From Octopus sinensis (taxonomy: Eukaryota), in contig NC_043003.1 of NCBI RefSeq assembly GCF_006345805.1, forward strand, positions 56,792,001 to 56,856,000: a DNA stretch of 64,000 nucleotides. The letters are read 5' to 3'. How positions within the stretch are numbered: position 1 is the first letter of the stretch; every line of letters begins with the position of its first letter. The notes under the pieces are model-generated. The model was given only the letters and a program-made list of their open reading frames with translations, had not been told where the DNA came from and did no database searches. Shown here piece by piece: positions 52,863 to 64,000 of the stretch. The position numbers were made by a program, and so were the translations under genes.

Positions 52863-54209
52863 CATAATAGGGCTACAGCAAATGTTCTGCTCAATACCAC
52901 AGAATTGCATGTCAGTTGTTTGATCTTAACCAGTTGAGCATGTCCCTCTGTGGTTGAAGATATGTGCATCTCTGATCATGAGCAGAAGTAGTCGGGGAGC
53001 ATCATAGCCGTGTGTTGAAAGGAATTCTTAGAGGTTTGGATAATTCGTCTCTGGAAACATGGGTGTTTTGTTCAACATCCTTCAACAACCCTTATTCGGG
53101 GACCTTTTGAACGGGATGGGCTACTCGACCAGAAGAAAATTCTAACTGGGCCCCACCTGCAAGGTCATGCGCTGTTTATCTTGATACGAAATCACCATGT
53201 CACGCACATATGGTTGTCATGCATGTGCCTAACGTACCCTTATCAGACAGGTAGTCATGATGGGCATACTGGACTTCGTATATTTTACCAATTTTTGCTT
53301 CAAAGCGAATCAGAATCACTGAGTAGAATATGTTACCATAATATGCTGTGAAAGACGAACCGAAACAAGCACATGAATAAACATGAATGTATTAGTTAGT
53401 GGTTGATGTTACTGATGTTTTCTATAGAAAGTGATTCAGCATTGACAGCGTCGTTTTTGTCTTAATACTAAATTCAGATTGTTTATTTCAACAACAATTT
53501 ATCATTTGTTTCCAATTTATGTACAGCTAATATTATATTCCATACAATTGAATAACTTATTGAGACTTAACTTTTCATGAATACCCCTGGTTTCTGTATT
53601 TCACAAAACAAGCCAAATTGCCTTCTTTCGACAATGGTCTGAATTTACTCATATTCATTATACTAGTTTAGCAAATAAATGAAATTTCAAATAACTAATT
53701 GTACTTGGTAAAAAAGGGTTAAATTAGTTATTATGAAAACATATTAAAATCATTTATGATAAAAATTATCATTTAATCACGGCTTTTATACGCCATCTCA
53801 TTAACCTGTAGGACAATTAAATTACGGAAACTGGAAGCTTTGAACCAAATTTATTTCTGGATGTAGAGCATATATTCTTTATTTATTTATTGCTCAAAGC
53901 GCCGCAAGGTGATCGTTTTTTGCTGAGACTATACATGGTAGATTTATGATAGTTTGGAATATGTACACTTTTTTTCGAGTGCCACCCATTACTGTTTCCT
54001 ATGTATTACCTTGACTATGCTGCATTAAATATTGATGACTACCCTCTAATCCACTCTACTGATATGCCATTTATACACAGGGAAAAATAATGATTGTAAA
54101 CTGATTTCATCATCAGACAATACCAGCCACCGTCTTCTGGAAGGAATTTTACGCCTAAGGTGCTGAATTCTTTAATATCCTTTCTGTCAACGTCTCAAAT
54201 GTAAAATTC

Positions 54210-54299
54210 TTCCTGAAGGCAGAGGCTGGTATTATCCGATGATGAAATCAATTTACATTTATTATTTGAACCACCAAGCCTCCAGAAACAGCTGTTGGA
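54210..54299 (+). ncRNA. Decayed type I HHR with long stem II, inside an inverted repeat (54085-54150/54200-54266)
   Basis: UUC-CUGAAGG-CAGAGGCUGG...CCAAGCCUCCA-GAAAC-AGCU-GUU-GGA. Confidence 0.5.
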
Positions 54300-54463
54300 C
54301 TCAGAAAACCCTTATTCAACTACTGTAATTCCTGATATAATTTCTATTCTCTATCATGTTGACACTTCTATATGTAAACATATGTACAATTTTTTGCATT
54401 ACATGTATTTACTATATTTTCTATAGCGACTTGCCTAATTTACTTATCCTTACATGCATATAT

Positions 54464-54504
<41 letters not shown>

Positions 54505-55084
54505 AGTGTATAAAGATATATACACAAAGGGAAGACCCATGGCCGGACTTCCATACTAAAAAGGACAGTTAAATCCAACCACGAAAAATTCATTCTAAAG
54601 GCATTCCGATAAAGCACTAGAATGAAGCAATTATTATTTTCAGTTAATCCCATACTCGAATTTCCCTATTAATGAGCAAATGAATTAATTCATAAGTGGG
54701 ATTGCTAATTAAAAATGCATAATTATGTAGCATAATTTTTTTAAGTAGAAGTTATCAGAATAATTGTTTGAGAGGAGAACAATCCCCGGGTTGAAAGATA
54801 ATAACAAAGCACAGTCATAGGAATTTAGTGCTCGATAATTTGCTTACACAGCTGCAATAAAGGCCATAATAGGAAAATTTGTTGGGTAGACGTATCAATG
54901 TATCTACTACTGTGTCAAATATTGTATTTAGAACAGAAGCACACTATTGAAAAGGGACATACATGGGAGAAGATCACCTACGAATTGATAAACCTACCTT
55001 GCTTACCTAGATGAAGCGACGTTACTTATATTATCTTATATGATCATCATTATTGTCGTCGTTGTCATCAACATCAGCGTCAGT

Positions 55085-55500
55085 GGAGGTGCAATGGCCC
55101 AATGGTTAGGGCAGCGAACTCGCGGTCGGAGGATCGCGGTTTCGATTCCCAGATCGGGCGTTGTGTGTGTTTATTGAGCAAAAACACATAAAGCTCCACG
55201 AGTCTCCAGCAGGGGGGGGCAACCCTGTTTACTCTCTCGCTCCAACTTTCTCTCACTCTTTCTTCCTGTTTCTTGTCCCCAACTTCTTACGCAACCGCTG
55301 AGCCTGGATGCGAATTCATCCATCCGTCGAAGCTGTCGGTGTCGGGGGAGTTGACCTGCTTTCTTTTCTGCGGGTCTTACGAATAGCAAAGGACCACATT
55401 TCGGACTTCTCCCCTCTTGCGAGCTCTGGGACGAAGACCGTTCGCTCGACAGCAACAACAGCGTCATCAGCGGAAGTTGATGACTTGTCGTCGAAGCTCT
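55085..55500 (+). mobile_element. SINE with a family B head and a different tail
   Basis: The first ~130 nt match the 44089/46968 head; the sequence diverges after the CT-rich segment. Confidence 0.8.
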
Positions 55501-56138
55501 AACGAATATAAATAAAATAATTAATTAATAATAAAACAGTGAAAGTAAGATTATAATTTGGTGACAAATGATTTTATTATCTTGGCTGTCACGAGAGTTA
55601 AAAATAAAAACCCGATAACTCTTTTAATTGATTTATATATTTGTCTACCGCCATGCTAAGGCACCGGCTTCGATGGTACAGTCATGCAATCAATCCCCGA
55701 TATTACTGTTTTAAGCATGGCACTTATTTTGTCGGTCTTTTATACCGAACCGTTATGTGATAGGGACACATGCACCATGGGCTGCCAAACTTTGAGGCAC
55801 AGTCACACGCATGCGTACATACCCACTGAAATACAGGCTCGTGTGCGTGTGCGTGTTTCTATGCTGGTGCGTGCATATGTGGAAGAGAGGCCCCTATGCA
55901 TTCATGCTTGCACCTTAAGAGCAAGTTATCGAATATTAGTACCAGCCAAAGTTAAGAAGAGTTTTATAATGCACAATATCACGCGCACTCACATACGTGA
56001 GAATATATAAGCGCCACTATATATGTGTAAATATAAATATGTGAATTTATAAGTAAGTACATATATATATATGTATGTATGTATATATATATACATATAT
56101 ATATATGTATGTATGTATGTATATATATATATATATAT

Positions 56139-56196
<58 letters not shown>

Positions 56197-56648
56197 GTTA
56201 AACATTAAGGCAAGGCAAACATCTCAACTCATATACAATATTATTAAGGAATTCGAAATCTTACAGTATGAGGATATTCCGTCAACAGAGACAAATAGGG
56301 AATATAGGGAAAATGAGAATGGTATATTTTAATATGATGACGACATAAAGGAAGGGAGTATAAGAATAAGAAGATGGAAAGAAAGAAAAAAATGAAGCAT
56401 AAAAGTTCATAGTTCAACTTACCGAAGTTATAAAAACCAAGAGTCTTTAGGTGCAATCCTGCGCATATCCATTTGGCTTTCTCTATATATATATATCTAC
56501 ACACATATTATATTAAATTCGAGATAAAACCACTATTAGGCAAATCAAACAATGAAAAACTTAAGCCAATACATAAAATTAATTAATTTATATTATTTTA
56601 AATATATATCAAAAGTATTAAAAGTTTAATAAAAGATACTGAGTAAAA

Positions 56649-56717
56649 CACTACGATCGTTTCATGGCTGTCCAATTCGTAATAATTCGAGTTATGGTTA
56701 CAGTCAATCTTCAGGTA
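56649..56717 (-). ncRNA. Type I HHR motif in a pLTR-like fragment (56505-56760)
   Basis: UAC-CUGAAGA-UUGACUGU...ACAGCCAU-GAAAC-GAUC-GUA-GUG; canonical core, short stem I. Confidence 0.6.
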
Positions 56718-59700
56718 AATGAAATATTTATCTTAGCGAGGTTTAGCAATCTACACACTTATATACATAAACATATGTGGGTGCGAGTTGGTGGAGTTGT
56801 TACAACCCTGCATATGTTGAAATGTCTAGACTGTGATAACATGAGACTAGTATGATCCTAAAAGGAGAAAAGCTTGAAGCAGAAAAATATATCAGTCGTT
56901 GATGCAAAAGGTACTGCTTGTGTAATTAGATGTTTAAATGTGTTGATGAGAGTATTATTGTGAATAAATGGGAAAAAAAATTGTTCGATACGGCTTAAGA
57001 TAAATACGTGTGTAAAGCAAACCTTTTATCACTCTCCTTACCCAACTGTTGGTATCGAAAACATATACAAACGCATGATATGAAACATATCTATATTACT
57101 GGAGAAAAAAGTTTCATATTGAGTTGTAGTCGTGAGATCAGTAATTCAAAATTTGTTGACTTTTTTAAGCTGTTTCTCCAGATCAAATAATTTCCAATAA
57201 TGGAAATACCTTAACTTTATTAATATATTGTGGCAACAACCAAACTACGAATATCGGCAATGATTGCCAAATAATTCCATAGATAATTTTAATATGCAGA
57301 TTTTTATGTGGTGGGGATGGTATTCAGCACTGCACTTGATTTTATATTGAGAAATATATTATATAGAAGAAAGAATTGTATCTGAAAATATCATGCTTGT
57401 GAACGCGTAACTAGATCTTTAAAGCGCTTTATTTAAAAATACGCCCGTCATTAGATTAACTTCTGAAATGTAAGCCTTAGTTGATTGGCCAGATACTTCG
57501 TAGTTGTTATACTTATTTTTAGAAGACTACCGAATTTTGGTTGAAGTAGAGATGTATAAAATTTGAATATAGAAGTTAGATAAAGTTTAGAAGTTAGACG
57601 AAATTTACTATATCAATACCTTAAGTCTGTTCCTCTTAAACAGGAAAAAATTGCTACATCAGCCAGATTTTATTAGTCTTTTTACAAGAAAATGTTTTTG
57701 TCAATTGCCGCCGGCTATATTTACAGACACATGGTATTATATGTTCCCCGTCTAGTAATATAGCGAAGCGAAAACACTGAAAATAATCGATCTCACGACA
57801 TAATATGCTGGAATAGAAATACATTCATTCGCTTCTAATTCATTTTAACCTAAACGTCTATATCTTAACTTGCTTATTGATCGTTTTGAAAAATAAAATT
57901 TGAAATCTGTAAAACAGTTTTCATATTTGTCGAAGAAATATATGCATCTAAGTTTTAGAAGGTATCGTGGAGGTTAGGCATTTAAAAAAACACATAGGAA
58001 ATTGGTAAAAATGTAATAATACATTGCAGAAAGTTGTTAAATAGTTGTAGTAATAAATGTACAAGAAACTAACGATGACAGACTAAGCGACGACAACAAT
58101 TTGAATTTTTATAACTACTGTGAATTCGCCATGTTCTACGTAAATTATGAGTATAGTTACCTGTAAATGTATTAACGCATTAATGAGATATTAAAGAAGC
58201 CAAACGACTGTTTCATTGCCTTTAAATGGAAGGTCAACGTCTTCCAGTTTTTATAACTTTGAATTACATTCGCCGCTTCTCTTGAAGACGACTTTAGTGT
58301 TGAATCAACCATCAAACTAGCTAGACGACTACTCTACAGGTAGTCTGTCAAAAAGCGGTAAGAGGCCAATTTCTTTTGATGAGTTCTCTTGAATAGTAAA
58401 TATCAAAGTATTAACTTCTAGAATATTGATATTTACTATAAAATGTTTTTGATAAAATATCAAGTTTCCCTTTATATTAGTTATATAACAAAGGATGTAG
58501 CTAAATTTAGTAAATAACATATTAGACAAGCGTATGCTGTTATAAGTAATCGACTAATGGTTAGAGTACTTATGTTGCTGATAACCTGGAATCGAATCTT
58601 CATCATAGCAAATAACTGTTTTGAAAAATTATGGCAACGCATATGCATGATTCACTTTGTTTCAAAATATCGATCGTTATCTCATGGACTGAGATATGAA
58701 GTTTGTGAATCTGATAATTTTGAAAGAACCCTAGATATGAGCCAAATCTGTTTTTAATAAATCCAGATATAACTCTAACTTTCGGAAAGTTATTAATTGT
58801 GGCGAGTATTTATTGGTTGCCCATGGGACCACAATGATAGTTAAAGTATGAAACGTTTCCCAACTTCTACAAAACTGGATAAATGTAATACTGGCAACAT
58901 TGTCCAAGAGGAAATTGGTCAAGTCAAACTATAATAATTTCAGTTCTAAGTTATTCTTCCTTGTAACTATTAATAAGATATTCATGAGATTTCTGCTCAA
59001 TCATTTCTAGATGCAAATATCTGCCATCGCAGTCTCAAAAGATCAATGAAAATTCCTACCTCGTAGAGCTACCACGGAAATTATCTTTAATTACACAGGA
59101 AGTCCTTATAGTAGAGGCTATCTTTTTACCATATTTTATGTGGTATAAGGGTATAGTACAGAGGAAGACATTGCGAAGAATACTGAGAGTGTCAGTGTGC
59201 CCACCTATGTATATCGATATATTTATTTACACAGATATGACGGTCTTAAAGTGATGGTCTGTCCGAAGTGATCCATTTAGACAGTGGTGTTGAACTATCA
59301 CTATGTTGAAACTCCATATACTTTGCAGCTGTGTTTTCTCATTGTTTTCTGGACAGTGATCCAGATAGTCAATTGAATAACAATGGAGGAAACATTTACA
59401 GCACTAGTTCACAATTGATGATTTGCATCTACTGGAACCAGATAAGTACAAAACAAAGAACACTTTCTGTAGTGCCAGCACAGCCTGCTATAAATCTAAT
59501 GAAACATAAGAACATTTTATAAATGTTGCCGGTGAACTGTATAGAAATTTGATATATTTAAGTGAATGAACTTTATGTCTTACATTCCTTTTTGTACCTG
59601 GCTGGTCGATATCCATGGATAGACCAAATTTAGGACTGACTTTCCTACAATTGTGTTTGTGACATTTCCGAATGGAATCTGTTCAGTCAGTGTTTTTTAT

Positions 59701-59757
59701 CGATCTTTGCATTTATGTACTCATAATTTTGTAGCAGAAACGTATGGATGATGTATT

Positions 59758-60084
59758 CTTAAAGACTCCGCCGGTTACGACGACGAGGGTCCCAGCTGAT
59801 ACGATCAACGGAACAGCTTGCTCGTGAAATTAACGTGCAAATGGCTGAGCATTCCACAGACACGTGTACCCTTAACGTAGTTCTCGGGGATAATCAGCGT
59901 GACACAGAGAGTGACAAGGCTGACCCTTTGAAATACAAGTACAACTCATTTTTGCCAGCTGAGTGGACTGGAGCAACGTGAAATAAAGTGTCTTGCTCAA
60001 GGACACAACGCGTTGCCGGGAATCGAACTCACAACCTTACGATCATGAGCCGAATGCCCTAACCACTAAGCCACGCGCCCTCAC
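59758..60084 (-). mobile_element. SINE with a family B tail and a different tRNA head/core
   Basis: Shares the GGTTACGACGACGAGGG...GAAATAC block with 44089; reverse-complement head has GTGTCCTTGAGCAAGACACTT; TSD GGATGATGTATT. Confidence 0.88.
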
Positions 60085-61658
60085 GGATGATGTATTAAAT
60101 ATTAGAGGATTTGATTTGAATTTAGAAGAGAAAAAACTAGACATATCAAGTTTTTAATCCGAGTTGAGTTACGGTTATAAGATCATTTCTTATAGCAAAT
60201 AAAATGTGGAGGTGTTTTATATAAAAATTTTGCACAACTTTCGTTGGTAAAAATCTGACCATATAGATTAGAGTATTCACTGTTGATAGTTGTTATATCT
60301 TATACTTCTGATAATTAAATATTTTCTATAAACGAGCTCATAAATTATTTAAAACATTCTTGCCATCACCATCATATCATATATTCAGGCATTTTATTCG
60401 ATAATGCATTATGTAATGTGGTTTGTCTTTTTTCTTACAACACAGTAGCATGATATTTACAGCAGATTTGGTTGCTAGTTCTTGTAAAAGTAACCACGCA
60501 GGTGCACCGTCTTTGGCACGTCTATCAGTAATATATTGTAAAGAGTGTAAGGCAAATATAGTTTCGTATTTTCGTGACTCTTCAAATATCTATTAAAGAA
60601 ATACATAAAGAAATGATTGGTATTCGCCACATTAAAAAATTTATTAAATATTTTATGTAACAATAGCAGAATTCAAATTCAACGTAAAGGTCATTGCAGC
60701 ACTGTGTCACATGTGAAATAACTGATGAGATATACATATTCATATTTTGAATGTGTTTTAAAAAATGTTTAAAATGCGCAATCGTCAAGTATGTAGTAGT
60801 TCATTATATTATGATCGCTGTAACCAAGTTTCGTATCCTCGCCATTGCCACCGTCTATTTCATTCCATTGATTTTCAATGTGGTTTCATTATCATCATTA
60901 TTATTTTTATTTTATCCTTTATTTTTGTCATCTAACTTGTTTCTAGACGATAATTATTTTTTAAAATTCAGATATTTGTTAATGCAGAGCGAGAATTTGA
61001 AGGGTTTTTTTCTTTAAAGCATAATGGAGGTGATACATTTGTAAAATACATAGAAATTGGTTAAAAATATAATTAAGTATTGTAAAACATTGTTAAAATG
61101 GTTGCACGAAAAATTATATATTCATACAAGGAAACTAACTATGACACACAATGTGACAACGTGAATTTAAATGTAAATTACTACAGTAAAATCATGAGTG
61201 GTTAGATAATTTATTTGCTCATTTTATTTTTATTTGTAATTATCTTTTTTTGTCTGTAAATAATTATTAATGAACTAACCGGGAGAGAATTTCTAAATAT
61301 GATAATTCAAAGCAATTCATGATAATTAGAATTATTCGACACAATTAGAATTATTCCACGCCATGGATGTCACTATAATTTTACAACATATCATGTCACT
61401 TATGTGGAAATATATGGCAGCGTTTTAACACTTGCAACACATCTTGAATATTTTCCCCATCGTGGTATATATCATGTCTTTTTAATATTTTTTGTCATAA
61501 TTTGTTAGGGATTTATAAATTATTGTGGTAACAGAACTGTTGTAGTTGTGATGTGAACAACATTATCTTGGTCACCTCAACGTAAACGATTCTCAATCGA
61601 AAAAAAAGAAATGATCGTAGAACTTGACTTATAAAATTATTTCGAAGAATCGGAGGAA

Positions 61659-61860
61659 AGGCGATGAGCTGGTAGAATCTTTTTCACGTCACACAAAATG
61701 CTTAGCGGTAATTCTTCTGGATGTGTATACACCGGGTTCATACTGCATCGATTTCAACTTTGTCTTTCATTTCTTAGGTGACGATAAAAATGGGAGTTAA
61801 GTATTAGGTTCCATGTAATCGACCTGTTACATTCTCTCAAAATTTCTGGCGTTGAACCCT
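61659..61860 (+). mobile_element. SINE family A, highly degenerate
   Basis: GGCGATGAGCTGGTAGAATC...AATGCTTAGCGGTA. Confidence 0.6.
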
Positions 61861-61909
61861 GTAAGATATTGGCATTCCAGTCAAGGAGAAATATGAGATC
61901 TTGGTTACG

Positions 61910-61999
61910 TACGAAGAGTGCTAAAAAGTACCTGGCTTTAAAGGTTACGAGAAAGTCCTATTTGCAGGCGCAACCTTCAGAGTTCGGCAGCCCCTCGTA
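61910..61999. mobile_element. Tiny mariner-derived remnant
   Basis: TACGAAGAGTGCTAAAAAGT...GCAGCCCCTCGTA imperfect TIR ends. Confidence 0.45.
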
Positions 62000-62401
62000 T
62001 ATATGCTCAGTAATGCCATATCCAGTCTTATGAGTCCACGAACTCAATAAAAATAAGAAGAGATGGAAGGCGAACTCATAATACATGTAAGTACATTTAC
62101 ATATTACTAGACATCATTCGTTATGTATTAGCAAACACAACAAAAGAGATCTTCCCATGCATTGATCCCAAATTGATGCGGAATATTCTTGTATATTGTT
62201 TAAACTCTAATAAAAGGGTATTTAGCCTAGATTAGAAACTATCATTTTCTCTCCACTAGCAAGTAATCTAGAAACTTAGCTAGTAATAATAACATATATA
62301 TTGCAACACATATACACATAAACCTATCTTGATTCCATCTTTGAAATTGATTCGATTTTCAAACTTCGCTGCCTTAAGATCTGAAATGTAAGATCTTCTC
62401 T

Positions 62402-62528
62402 ACCCTGATGACGGGGTGTTGTCATATCCTATGTTGATTGCATCCATTAGGGCCGCAAATTAAGATGAACTACATCTACCAATATTATATTATCATGGTT
62501 CTCCAAGCTCCCAAAAACAGCTGTTAGA
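62402..62528 (+). ncRNA. Decayed HHR with long stem II
   Basis: CUGAUGA-CGGGG...CUCCC-A-AAAAC-AGCU-GUU; shares the CCAAGC...AACAGCUGUU end with 54210; G12 lost and stem I poor. Confidence 0.4.
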
Positions 62529-62739
62529 TTTATAACACCTTTCTTCCACCCCTCTAATTTTCTCTATTAATTGGACACTGTGTAAGTTGGATCTATTAAT
62601 AAAGATATTTGTATAGCTGTACTTAAATATTTATCATTTGAATGTCACCATCTTTTGTATCCCCTTTTTTATGTTTGCATACATATATTCCTTGTGCTTC
62701 ATGTCCAAACCATTATATTTAATATGCCTAATTTGCGAA

Positions 62740-62943
62740 GCAGCGGTCTGGCAGAAACGTTATCACGCCGAGCAAAATACTTAGGAGTACATCGTCTGTC
62801 TTTACGATCTGAGTTCAAATTCCGCCGAGGTCGACTTTGGCTTTCGGAGTCAGTCGATAAATCAGGTACCAGTTGCCTACTTGCATTGAAATAAACGACT
62901 GCCCTGCCTCACAAAAAAGAAATTATGCCGAAAGTAGAAAAGA
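62740..62943 (+). mobile_element. SINE family A, degenerate
   Basis: CTGGCAGAAACGTTA and GAGTTCAAATTCCGCCGAGGTCGAC. Confidence 0.8.
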
Positions 62944-63118
62944 ATATATCTAATGTGTGTATTCGTATATTTGCCTCTATATCCGCTCAAATTTATTTCT
63001 CTTATAGCCACTCTTTACCCTATAGAATCGATCCCCTGGAAAAATATTGGAGTCTAAATCGGAATCTTTTTGAGCACCACTATGTGTCTTGGATCTCATA
63101 TGTGGGCTGTATATATAT

Positions 63119-63218
<100 letters not shown>

Positions 63219-63499
63219 TGCTTTGGTGTTTACGTATGAGGGCATGACAAATGTATGGTATTGTTGTTGTATCAGATTAGGAGGGGTCTTTGGACAAGGT
63301 TTTTGTGGCGCTGCGAGAGTAGTAAAGAGATAAGTATACGTATATAGATGTGTGTGTATGTTTGCGCACATTCAGGTTTATGGAGGCAAACGTAAGTGTT
63401 TACAAGGGATACATAGGGTTGGAAGAACCGTGACTTTGGTATACTTCAGCCACTATGGAGATGCAGCCAACGTTGAATTGGTATATCTGATTTCTCGGG

Positions 63500-63910
63500 G
63501 CCCAGTGGTTTGAAGTTCGTCAAGATGATGTACCTCTGGTGGCAGCACTAAGATAGTTAGCGTTTTATTTTGATAGATACTGCAAGTTGACAGAGCCCGC
63601 GAATTCTCTCTTGAAAGTGGAGCTGGCAATTACTGTCACTTGGTAAGATATTGCCCTGTTGATGATGGTCAGTTTCACGTTGGGAGTGTTATTCTGGATA
63701 TCATGAATCCTCCAGAGGAAACGATATAACGAGGTATATACATATATAAATATATATATATAGAGAGAGAGGTTATGAGAGGTAATGGTGCCAGTGAGAC
63801 AGAAATGTGACAGGTAGTGCTGAATAAGTGGTATGGATAAACCATAGTTGCGTTTCAGGTTCGGTGATTTTGCGTTTAAGGGTTCCAGCATAGGTCGTAT
63901 ATCCATGTGT
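63500..63910 (-). mobile_element. Possible decayed Penelope-like GIY-YIG C-terminus
   Basis: FLWRIHDIQNNTPNVKLTIINRAISYQ followed by a frameshifted CQLHFQER (CxLCLxEK-like). Confidence 0.4.
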
Positions 63911-64000
63911 ATCTCACATCTATTCTCATTCCTCCACCTCTCTCTCTACTTCGTATCTTACCTAAATTAACTATTGCTTAATCATCTTCTCACACCGTCC

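Noticed and set aside
52869-53290. Repeat-like segment with a possible HDV-like ribozyme near 53230-53290 (minus strand)
   Set aside because: Single copy in the window, and I could not build the nested double pseudoknot by eye; left unannotated.

Overview
This is AT-rich, microsatellite-laden eukaryotic non-coding DNA. Its SINE repertoire resembles an octopus (coleoid cephalopod) genome, which is an inference. I can support no complete host gene: most listed ORFs are microsatellite translations, and the real coding signal comes from decayed transposons (Penelope-like RT/GIY-YIG, RLE-type LINEs, an L1/Tx1 endonuclease, a CR1-group LINE, three mariners, one hAT). The standout feature is a dense set of type I hammerhead ribozyme (HHR) motifs, about 23 read by eye, all with palindromic or near-palindromic stem III. 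Eight sit in a 3.6-kb array of ~480-bp units at 40114-43732 that inverts on itself at ~42465. The array lies next to a duplicated sister element whose HHR shows compensatory stem I changes, and beside a Penelope-like retroelement with HHR-bearing inverted terminal repeats. Together this looks like a retrozyme-like, Penelope-mobilised ribozyme system with a shared fold-back architecture. All structures were read manually; no folding, searches or activity tests were run.
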